This document shows positions 8,877 through 16,289 of a DNA stretch of 64,000 nt, in pieces; positions within the stretch are counted from its first letter, which is position 1, and each line of letters begins with the position of its first letter. A program made the position numbers and the translations under genes. The stretch spans positions 909 to 64,908 of the forward strand of contig JAGBAS010000028.1 of assembly GCA_017938885.1 (NCBI GenBank). The letters run 5' to 3'. The notes under the pieces are model-generated. The model made no database searches. It saw only the letters and a program-made list of their open reading frames with translations, and was not told where the DNA came from. The stretch comes from Clostridia bacterium (GTDB taxonomy: Bacteria > Bacillota > Clostridia > Oscillospirales > CAG-272).

Positions 8877-11042
8877 TTACTCCGCAGGCTTGATGAGCAT
8901 GATGATGGCGTAGGGTTTTTCGGGCACCGTCACGGGAATGCCGCTCTCCATGAGGGTCTTTCCGTTGGCGGTGACGTCCACCAGGCCGTCGAAGTCGGTG
9001 ATACGATACGACTTTTCGGGGTCAAGTCCCTTGAGCTTGACCGTGGTGGACAGGCTCTTGGTATCCTGGTGGCAGAACACCGAGGCGTAGCCCGAGGACG
9101 TGGCGGGATCGTAGAATTCCCAGGCATTCCAGCGGTCGCGGTCGGCTGTCCATTCCACGAGGGGGTAGTAGTCGGCGTAGAAGTAATCGCGGATCTGCTC
9201 GAATTCGGCATAGCCCTGCTTATTGAGCGTCCAGTCTGCGTTCTTATCCAGAACGGGGCCGAAGTTCATGAGAGACAGGGGGGCGTAGTTCATACGCACC
9301 TTGTACATATTGTCGGTATCATAGATCTCATTCTTGAAGTAGGGGAACCAGGCAAAGAGGCTCTGGGTCTTACGGCCCTTCATGTCGTAGTCCTCGTGGT
9401 TCCCGTCGAACCAGTCGGTATAATGGAGGGGAACGCCCCGCTTCATGGTCTCCAGGTCGTTGCGGCCTCCGCCCGAGGCGCAGGAATCCATGTAGATGCC
9501 GGGATATCGCTCGATCAGCTTATCCCACAGGGATAGGTATCCTTGGACGTAGAGATTCTCGGTCATACCCTTGCGGTCGGGGTACTTCCAATCCATGGCG
9601 GCCCAGGAGGAGGCCGGATCGCAGTTGAAGTCTGAGCGGAAGCCCGTAGCGCCTGCATCGTCGATGACCTTACAGATCTTATGGAAGACCCACTCCACGC
9701 ACTCGGGATCGGTGAGATTCATGATATATCCCTCCAGCCAGGAGCCCTGCATGGCCTTGGGCAGGAACCATTCCTCCTTGAAGCCCTCTTGTCCGGCCAG
9801 GAATGCATCCTTGTCCAAGCGGATACTCTCGGGCTCAAACCAGATCATCATGCGCATATCGTGATCCTTACAGAACTGGCCGATATTCGCCATGCGGTCA
9901 GGGAAGCGGTTGGTATCCATATCCATGGAGCCTGTCTGAGGCCAGGAAACCGATTCGCCGTTGGCACCGAAGTACCAGCCGGCATCCAGCCACAAAAACT
10001 CGGGCTCCACACCTGCGTCGTAGTAGGAGTTGAGGATGGTCAGAAGGCGGTTCGTGGTATTGCCGGTACAGCCCTGGCTGACGCCCGTATAGATGGGGTA
10101 CAGCTCGCCGTCGATCTTACGCAAAACGTCGTTGATGAAATAATGCCGCCAGGCGTTGGTCTGCTCATCCGGAGTCATCTCCTCGTAGTCCACGAAGCCC
10201 ATCAGGGGGGTTCGGATGGTCTCACCGGGCTCCAGATAGGTATTCAGAACGTTCTGGCCCGCCTCCAGCGTGGTGATCTTTCGGGACTTGGAGTAATTGA
10301 AGCGCGCTGCCCAGTTTCCCGGCCAGCCAATGGCGATGAAGGTACCGCCGTTCCCGTAGGAAAGGTTATAGTAAGGGAACACGCCATGGGAGGGGCGGCC
10401 TGTGGTACAGACGTCGCTGTATCGGGATCGTTGACTCAGGTCGTGGACATAGGGGTCGTAATTCTTGCCCTGCGCATCTCCCTTGATACCGCTGATGACG
10501 GGGTCTGCGCCCTCGAATTGCAGATTGAACCAGAGCCGGGTGAACTTACCCGTATTGGTTTCTCCATCGTTTGTAATGTAGACCACGTACTCGTATGCGG
10601 TCTCTGCGGGGTATACGGTGGCCTCCAGGCAAAACAGCGCGGGGATCTCGGGATGGCGGAGGTTCATCGTGGTCTTGATGCCGCGCTCGATTTCCTCGTG
10701 GGTTTCAGATTCCAGGGTGAAGCCTGCAAAGCCCGCGTATTCCTTGTCGTCGTATTCAAAGGAAATGGGAAAATGGTCCAGATCCGACAGTGCGGCGTCG
10801 TAGCGGGGAACCGAGAAGGTCGGATCGGGCAGGAAGGGCTCGGTTTCGGCCTCGGCGGTCTCTTCCTCCGAGGGGACTTCGGTCAGGGTTTCGTCAGGAG
10901 CCTCGGTATCCGTGTCGGCGGGGGCATTGGTATCCGTGTCGGCGGTAGGCTGATCTCCCACGCAGGCGGTGAAGCCCGCCCCGAAAAGACAGAGGAGCAG
11001 AAAGGACGTAAGCGCAGTAAACAGCAGTTTATTCGGTTTCAT
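8877..11042 (-). CDS. Surface lipoprotein, GH36-like (clan-D alpha-galactosidase-like) glycoside hydrolase, paralogue 1
   Basis: Lipobox LLLCLFGAGFTAC followed by an acidic T/D/E/P linker. Catalytic-region motifs are LWLDAGWY, FRSDFNCD and DSCASGGGRND (a C-x-SGGGR-type GH36 signature). RBS aaaggagatcttcATG. Confidence 0.75.
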   Translation of the reverse strand: MKPNKLLFTALTSFLLLCLFGAGFTACVGDQPTADTDTNAPADTDTEAPDETLTEVPSEEETAEAETEPFLPDPTFSVPRYDAALSDLDHFPISFEYDDKEYAGFAGFTLESETHEEIERGIKTTMNLRHPEIPALFCLEATVYPAETAYEYVVYITNDGETNTGKFTRLWFNLQFEGADPVISGIKGDAQGKNYDPYVHDLSQRSRYSDVCTTGRPSHGVFPYYNLSYGNGGTFIAIGWPGNWAARFNYSKSRKITTLEAGQNVLNTYLEPGETIRTPLMGFVDYEEMTPDEQTNAWRHYFINDVLRKIDGELYPIYTGVSQGCTGNTTNRLLTILNSYYDAGVEPEFLWLDAGWYFGANGESVSWPQTGSMDMDTNRFPDRMANIGQFCKDHDMRMMIWFEPESIRLDKDAFLAGQEGFKEEWFLPKAMQGSWLEGYIMNLTDPECVEWVFHKICKVIDDAGATGFRSDFNCDPASSWAAMDWKYPDRKGMTENLYVQGYLSLWDKLIERYPGIYMDSCASGGGRNDLETMKRGVPLHYTDWFDGNHEDYDMKGRKTQSLFAWFPYFKNEIYDTDNMYKVRMNYAPLSLMNFGPVLDKNADWTLNKQGYAEFEQIRDYFYADYYPLVEWTADRDRWNAWEFYDPATSSGYASVFCHQDTKSLSTTVKLKGLDPEKSYRITDFDGLVDVTANGKTLMESGIPVTVPEKPYAIIMLIKPAE

Positions 11043-11071
11043 GAAGATCTCCTTTCGGGTGAAATCGGAAA

Positions 11072-13213
11072 TTACTTGGCTTCCCGGATGAGGAGGATCA
11101 CGGCGTAAGGCTGCTCGGGCACCGTAACTGTGATGCCCTGCTCCATGAGCTGAGCACCGTCGGCGGTGATCTCCACCAGACCGTCAAAATCCTTGATATG
11201 ATACTGCTTTTCGGGGTCAAGTCCCTTCAGGCACACCGTATTTGTCTTGGAGTTCGCCGCCTGCTGGCAGGCGATGAAGGCAAATCCCTCTCCGCTTTCG
11301 GGGACGTAGAACATACGGGCATCCCAGCGGTTGGCGTTGTTACTCCACTCGGTGAGGGCGTAGAAGTCACCGTAGAAATAGTCGCGGATGAGGTCGTACT
11401 CGGCGTAGGCCTGCCGCATGAGAGCCCAGTCGTTGTCCTTGTTGAGGGCACTGGGGAGCTTGAGGAGGCAGAAGGGGGCGTAGTTCATGCGAAGCTTATA
11501 AAGGCTGATCTGGTAGGATTCGTTCTTGAAGTAGGGGAACCAGGCAAAGAGAGCCTGGGTCATCTTGCCCTTCATGTCGTAATCCTCGTTGTTGCCGTCG
11601 AACCAGTCGGTGTAGTGGAGGGGGACGCCGCGCTTCATGGATTCCAGGTCGTTGCGGCCGCCGCCCGAGGCGCAGGAGTCGATGAAAATGCCGTACTTCT
11701 CGATGATGGCATCCCACAGAGCCAGGTAGCCCTGGACGTACTGATTCTCGGTCATGCCCTTCCGTCCCGACGTCTTACGGTCGTTTTCCTCCCAGGCAGG
11801 AGCGGGATCGTTGTTGAAGTCCTGGCGATAGCCGGTGGCTCCCGTGGTGTCTATAACCTTACAGATCTTGTTGAATATCCACTCACGGCACTCGGGGTTG
11901 CCCAGATCCATCAGAAGCCCCTCCAGGAACCCGCCGGGCTTGCCCAGTAGCCATTCCTCCTTGAAGTCGGGCTGACCGGCCAGGAAGGCGGCCTTATCCA
12001 GACGCATATTCTCGGGCTCAAACCAGAGCAGATACATGGCGTTGGTCTTTTTGGCGTAATCACCGATGTCCGCCATACCGTCGGGGAAGCGGTTATAGTC
12101 GATATCCAGCGATCCCGTAGACGTCCAGGGCACCGATTCACCGTTTGCGCCCGTATACCAGCCTGCGTCCATCCAGATCACGTCGGGGGTGACGCCGTTT
12201 GCGCGGTAGGCTTGGAGCATGAGCAGCTCCTTCTTGGTGGTCATGCCCGCCGACATATTGCCGATCCCTCGGTAGGTGGGCGTCAGCTCGCCGTCGATCT
12301 TGCGCATGACGTCGTGGATGTAGTAATGCCGCCAGGCGTTGGTCTGCTCGTCGGGTGTCAGTCCCTCATACTCCACAAAGCCCATAAGGGGGGTGCGGAG
12401 GGTCTCGCCGGGCGCTATGTAGGTCGCGACGTTGCCCTGCCCCGTGCGGAGGGTCGTGATCTTTTCACTCTTTTTATAGGTAAACTGGGCGTACCAGGTC
12501 CCCGGCCAACCGATGGCTATGAAGGTGCCGCCGTCTCCGTAGGAGAGATTGTAGTAGGGGAACGTGCCGTGGGAGGGTCGTCCCGAGGTGGAGGTATCGC
12601 TGTATCGGGAGCGGCCTGTCAGATCGTGCTCATAGGGGGTATAGTTCTGGCCGCCCGCATCGCCCTTGATACCGCTGATGAGGGGGTCATCGCCCACAAA
12701 GGAAATATCGAAGGAGAGGTCGGAGAAAATCTCGGTGTTCTCTTGCCCGTCGTTGACGATGTAGACCACGTACTCATAGGCGGACTCCTGCGGGTAGACG
12801 GTGGCCTCCAGGCGGAAGGCGGCGGGAATCTCGGGATGGCGGAAGATCCGGGTGGTCTTCACGCCGCGATCCACGTCCTCATAATGCTCAGACTCCAGAG
12901 CAAAGCCCGCAAAGCCGTTATACTCGGTCTTTCCGTACTTGAAGTACAGGGGGAAGGTATCGGGGTTGCTCATCAGCTCGTCGTACCTGGGCACGGCGCG
13001 CTCGGGATCGGGGGGGAAAGGCTCCGTCTCGGGCTCAGCGATGGTCGTTTCATCGGTCATGGTGGTGTCCTCCTCGGCAGGCTCTTGGGTTTCCGACGGG
13101 GAAGCCGTCGTCTCGGGAGTAGGATCGGGGGTGTCGGTACAGGCCGCCATCCCACCCATAAGGCACAGGAGCAAAAGCCCTGCGGTCAACAGAAACAGGT
13201 ATGATCTGCGCAT
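11072..13213 (-). CDS. Surface lipoprotein, GH36-like glycoside hydrolase, paralogue 2 (tandem duplicate)
   Basis: Lipobox LCLMGGMAAC plus an acidic linker. It is colinear with paralogue 1 over the full length, and by eye well over half the residues are identical. It carries the same IWMDAGWY, YRQDFNND and DSCASGGGRND motifs. Confidence 0.75.
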   Translation of the reverse strand: MRRSYLFLLTAGLLLLCLMGGMAACTDTPDPTPETTASPSETQEPAEEDTTMTDETTIAEPETEPFPPDPERAVPRYDELMSNPDTFPLYFKYGKTEYNGFAGFALESEHYEDVDRGVKTTRIFRHPEIPAAFRLEATVYPQESAYEYVVYIVNDGQENTEIFSDLSFDISFVGDDPLISGIKGDAGGQNYTPYEHDLTGRSRYSDTSTSGRPSHGTFPYYNLSYGDGGTFIAIGWPGTWYAQFTYKKSEKITTLRTGQGNVATYIAPGETLRTPLMGFVEYEGLTPDEQTNAWRHYYIHDVMRKIDGELTPTYRGIGNMSAGMTTKKELLMLQAYRANGVTPDVIWMDAGWYTGANGESVPWTSTGSLDIDYNRFPDGMADIGDYAKKTNAMYLLWFEPENMRLDKAAFLAGQPDFKEEWLLGKPGGFLEGLLMDLGNPECREWIFNKICKVIDTTGATGYRQDFNNDPAPAWEENDRKTSGRKGMTENQYVQGYLALWDAIIEKYGIFIDSCASGGGRNDLESMKRGVPLHYTDWFDGNNEDYDMKGKMTQALFAWFPYFKNESYQISLYKLRMNYAPFCLLKLPSALNKDNDWALMRQAYAEYDLIRDYFYGDFYALTEWSNNANRWDARMFYVPESGEGFAFIACQQAANSKTNTVCLKGLDPEKQYHIKDFDGLVEITADGAQLMEQGITVTVPEQPYAVILLIREAK

Positions 13214-13215
13214 GG

Positions 13216-14625
13216 TTAGTCCTCCTTCTTCTTACTCAGCATGGGGATCGCCACCAAAGCCGCCGCCGCGCAGCCGGGCAAAAGCACCGCGCCGCAGCCC
13301 TTCTTGACGGCTTCGGTTTCGGTGGAGGGCTCGGAGACGGCGGTATTCTCGGGCTCAGCAGGAGCCCGGGTCCCCTCCTCGGTGACGGGATCGGTGACCG
13401 GTTCGGTAGAGGGTTCGGTTTCGGGTTCGGTTTCGGGCTCGGTTTCGGGTTCGGTAGAGGGCTCGGTAGAGGGCTCGGTTTCGGGCGGGGTGATGATCTC
13501 ATCAAAGGACAGATCCGAGAAGAGCATATCCTCGGTGATGCTTCCGCTCTTGGAGATCACCGCGCCGCCGTAGGTTCCCCACGCGCCGCTGATACCGGGT
13601 GCGCCCGCCACGGCAAGGCGGAGGATCTTGACCCCCGTGATATCGCACTCCATGGGCTTCATGTCCTCGCCAAACGTCATGGTGCCGCTCTCCCAGAGCT
13701 TGACACCGTCGCCGAATACGGCGAATTTGATCTTGGCCATGGAAATATCGTGGGAGGTCAGGGTCTCGCAGACGCCGTAGTAGGCGGCCAGCTTGGTAAA
13801 GCCCAGGCCCTCGACGTTGACATCCACGTAGGCGTCGTAGCTCCCCGACACGGCGTGGAAGCCAACTCCCTTACGGAAGAACTTACCGTCGTTTGAGATG
13901 ATGATCTCGTTGGCGGTGTTGCAGTCGCGGCCCACCACGTTTCCCGTGTAGGTCGCGTTATCCAGCCAGTAGAGATCACTGACGTAGGCATAGTCGCCGC
14001 TGACCAGCTCGGCGGGCTGGAGCTTATCGGTTTTATCGGGATTAAACACGGGCGTGACCTCCACTTTATCATCTGCCATGGGTTCCTCGTTCATCAGTCG
14101 GGCATTGCCCCACACGCCCGCGTCGCAGGCGTGGCCGTTCTCGTTCTTCTGCACCAGGCGCAGGGTCTTGACCCCCTCCACCGAGCAGGACAGGAAGTAG
14201 GGCTCGTCTCCCCATACCCGCATGGGCGTGGAGGCGAGAAGCTTGCCATCCCCGTAAACGTGGAAGGAGATGCTTCCCCACTCGATGAAATAGCCTGCCT
14301 CCTTGAGAACCCCCACCGAGGCGGCGAAATATTTCAGGCCAAGCGAGGAGATATCGAATTCACAGTAAGCATCCTTATCGGGGAGGCAATGGAAGCCCAG
14401 ACCCTTGTCAAAGCGTTGAGAGCCGATGGTGATGGGCTCGCCCGAATGGGCGGTGTTCCAGCCAAAGCCGTCCAGACTGTCGCGCCCGAGGAACAGATCC
14501 TCCCGATCGCCGAGGTAGACGGTGTCCTCTGCGGCGGACGCAGGAAAGGCGGCTGACAGGGACATCCCCGACATCATCAGAAGGGCAAGTGCCAGAGTGA
14601 GGATGCGAAAATGCTTGATTTTCAT
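13216..14625 (-). CDS. Non-catalytic surface glycan-binding protein: signal peptide, two NPCBM-like modules, TEP-repeat stalk, C-terminal KKGC membrane anchor
   Basis: Sec signal peptide ...SLSAAFPASA/AED. There are two repeats of the NPCBM-type pattern (YLGD...GWNTAHSGEPITIGSQRFDKGLGFH and YVSDLYWLDNATYTGNVVGRDCNTANEIIISNDGKFFRKGVGFHA). The C-terminus reads TEPSTEPSTEPETEPETEPETEPSTEP...KKGCGAVLLPGCAAAALVAIPMLSKKKED. Confidence 0.75.
   Translation of the reverse strand: MKIKHFRILTLALALLMMSGMSLSAAFPASAAEDTVYLGDREDLFLGRDSLDGFGWNTAHSGEPITIGSQRFDKGLGFHCLPDKDAYCEFDISSLGLKYFAASVGVLKEAGYFIEWGSISFHVYGDGKLLASTPMRVWGDEPYFLSCSVEGVKTLRLVQKNENGHACDAGVWGNARLMNEEPMADDKVEVTPVFNPDKTDKLQPAELVSGDYAYVSDLYWLDNATYTGNVVGRDCNTANEIIISNDGKFFRKGVGFHAVSGSYDAYVDVNVEGLGFTKLAAYYGVCETLTSHDISMAKIKFAVFGDGVKLWESGTMTFGEDMKPMECDITGVKILRLAVAGAPGISGAWGTYGGAVISKSGSITEDMLFSDLSFDEIITPPETEPSTEPSTEPETEPETEPETEPSTEPVTDPVTEEGTRAPAEPENTAVSEPSTETEAVKKGCGAVLLPGCAAAALVAIPMLSKKKED
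13398..13489 (-). repeat. In-frame 12-nt tandem repeat encoding the (T-E-P-S/E)n stalk
   Basis: Units of ACCGAGCCCTCT / ACCGAACCCGAA are repeated about 7 times on the coding strand. Confidence 0.8.
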
Positions 14626-14688
14626 GGTAATTCCTCCTTACAAAGCGTTTTCTTACAGAAAATCTGCCATTTTGTTTGGTTTATTTGT

Positions 14689-14717
14689 ATTATACTATTG
14701 ATTTTTCTATTTGTCAA
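14689..14717 (-). promoter_or_regulatory. SigA-type promoter of the NPCBM / GH36 / GH36 operon
   Basis: On the minus strand: TTGACA (14717..14712), 17 nt, TATAAT (14694..14689). It overlaps the divergent promoter. Confidence 0.6.
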
Positions 14718-14726
14718 TGGTATAAT
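14698..14726 (+). promoter_or_regulatory. SigA-type extended -10 promoter of the ArsR-like regulator
   Basis: TTGATT (14698..14703), 17 nt, then TGgTATAAT (-10 at 14721..14726). It interdigitates with the minus-strand promoter. Confidence 0.6.
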
Positions 14727-14792
14727 ATAGTGAAAATCGTTACAAATTTCCCACAAACCGCTACAGTATTTCTGCACCAAACGGAGGTTATT

Positions 14793-15755
14793 ATGAAACA
14801 ACGCGGACTGGATCTTCCCTTCATGCAGTACACTCACTCTTGTTTCAACGAAGGGGACACCGAGGCAATCGTGGCCAAATGCCGCGCCCTGTCCTCTCCC
14901 GAGCGGGTCAAGATCATTCGAATGCTTCACAGTAATTCCATGACGGTCACCGAGGTGGCCAAGGCTCTCTATATGTCGGTCTCCACCGCTACCTTCCATC
15001 TCCATATCCTACGGGATACGGGGCTCATTGACATTGTTTTGATGCCCGGAAAGCGGGGCCTCGTCCAGCTCTGCCAGCTTCACTTTTCCTCTCTGTACAT
15101 CACAGCACTCCCAAACGAGCGAACCGCCAGCGATGCCATCGTGATCCAGGAGATCCCCGTAGGGCTTTACACAGGAGCGGGGATGGAGTTTGTGGCAGGG
15201 TTCTGCACCGCCGATGAGCAGATCATGTTTGACGACGGCAATTATTTCACCCCCCGCCGCGCTGATGCTCAGCTGCTCTGGGCCAGCGGAGGCTTTGTGG
15301 AGTATGCCGTCTCCAACACCCGCAAGGATGCACGCCTGAACCGTCTCTCCCTGTCTCTTGAAATTTGTTCCGAGACTCTGAACTATCAGCTGGGCTGGAA
15401 AAGTGACATCACCTTTTGGCTGTGCGGCCGAGAGTTATGTACCTTCACCTCCCCCTCAGATTTTGGAGGACGCCGGGGTAAGCTGAACCCCTCCTGGTGG
15501 CAGGATACGGCGACCCAATTCGGGGAGCTGAAGGAGATCACGATCACCGATGCGGGATGCTTTCTGGGGGGAATTCCCTGCGGCGGAGAGCATTCTCCCG
15601 TCATCTCGGATTTCGACGGTACCGACACCTTCGTATTCCGTATCGGCAACAAGCCCAACGCAAAGTATAAAGGCGGATTCAACATTTTCGGGCGGGGCTT
15701 CGGTGATCATTTGCAGGATATTCGGGTGGAGGCGGAGTACGAAACCGCGCGGTGA
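14793..15755 (+). CDS. ArsR-family winged-HTH regulator with a ~230-aa uncharacterised C-terminal domain
   Basis: RBS acGGAGGttattATG. HTH segment: ALSSPERVKIIRMLHSNSMTVTEVAKALYMSVSTATFHLHILRDTGLI. I do not recognise the C-terminal domain. Confidence 0.75.
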   Translation: MKQRGLDLPFMQYTHSCFNEGDTEAIVAKCRALSSPERVKIIRMLHSNSMTVTEVAKALYMSVSTATFHLHILRDTGLIDIVLMPGKRGLVQLCQLHFSSLYITALPNERTASDAIVIQEIPVGLYTGAGMEFVAGFCTADEQIMFDDGNYFTPRRADAQLLWASGGFVEYAVSNTRKDARLNRLSLSLEICSETLNYQLGWKSDITFWLCGRELCTFTSPSDFGGRRGKLNPSWWQDTATQFGELKEITITDAGCFLGGIPCGGEHSPVISDFDGTDTFVFRIGNKPNAKYKGGFNIFGRGFGDHLQDIRVEAEYETAR

Positions 15756-15892
15756 GAACGACGGAAACGGACCGTTACCATCAGATCAGCATTCCTATCC
15801 TCTTGCCATACCCCGCCTTTCGTGCTGACAGAATATGGGTATGCCGATCTCACAGCCCCTTGGAATACGCCTATCACAGAATAACCGCGTTC

Positions 15893-15925
15893 AGACGGCT
15901 CACAAGCTGTGGGCTGTCTTTTTTG
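15893..15925 (+). terminator. Rho-independent terminator after the ArsR-like gene
   Basis: A 12-bp stem, AGACGGCTCACA-agc-TGTGGGCTGTCT (two G-U pairs), followed by TTTTTT. Confidence 0.7.
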
Positions 15926-15961
15926 AATCGTTAACATTCGGTGAAATTTCGCCAAATACGG

Positions 15962-15990
15962 TTTACTTTTCCACCCTTTTGTGTTATAAT
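15962..15990 (+). promoter_or_regulatory. Extended -10 promoter of the DUF951 gene
   Basis: TTTACT (15962..15967), 17 nt, then TGtTATAAT (-10 at 15985..15990). Confidence 0.5.
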
Positions 15991-16023
15991 AATGGGGAAT
16001 ATATGCAAAAAGGAGGACAGGCC

Positions 16024-16236
16024 GTGCAGATCATCCGCATGAGGGTCGGAGACACCCTGGAGCTGAAAAAGCCCCATCCCTGCGGGGAGAAGAAATTCCG
16101 CGTGATGCGGGTCGGGAGCGAGGTTCGCATTGTCTGTATCGGTTGCGGACGGGACATGGTACTGGATCGGGTCAAGCTGGAAAAAGCCATCCGCAAGCTC
16201 ATCCCCGCCGAGGAGCCTCCCGCTGACAAGGAATAG
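16024..16236 (+). CDS. DUF951-family small protein
   Basis: MRVGDTLELKKPHPCGEKKFRVMRVGSEVRIVCIGCGRDMVLDRVKLEKAIRKL is the typical DUF951 core with CxxC. I chose the GTG start at 16024 because AGGAGG lies 7 nt upstream, and because the longer ORF runs through a terminator and a promoter. Confidence 0.7.
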   Translation: MQIIRMRVGDTLELKKPHPCGEKKFRVMRVGSEVRIVCIGCGRDMVLDRVKLEKAIRKLIPAEEPPADKE

Positions 16237-16289
16237 TCCCCTCTCAAGACCCTCTCCGCTCTACTTTTCCCATAGAAAGGCTACATGAA

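Noticed and set aside
13201-13896. Gly/Phe-rich ORFs (…GFGFGFGLGFGFGRGLGRGLGFGRG…) on the plus strand.
   Set aside because: They are the antisense translation of the in-frame TEP-repeat stalk of the NPCBM protein, which is well supported on the minus strand.
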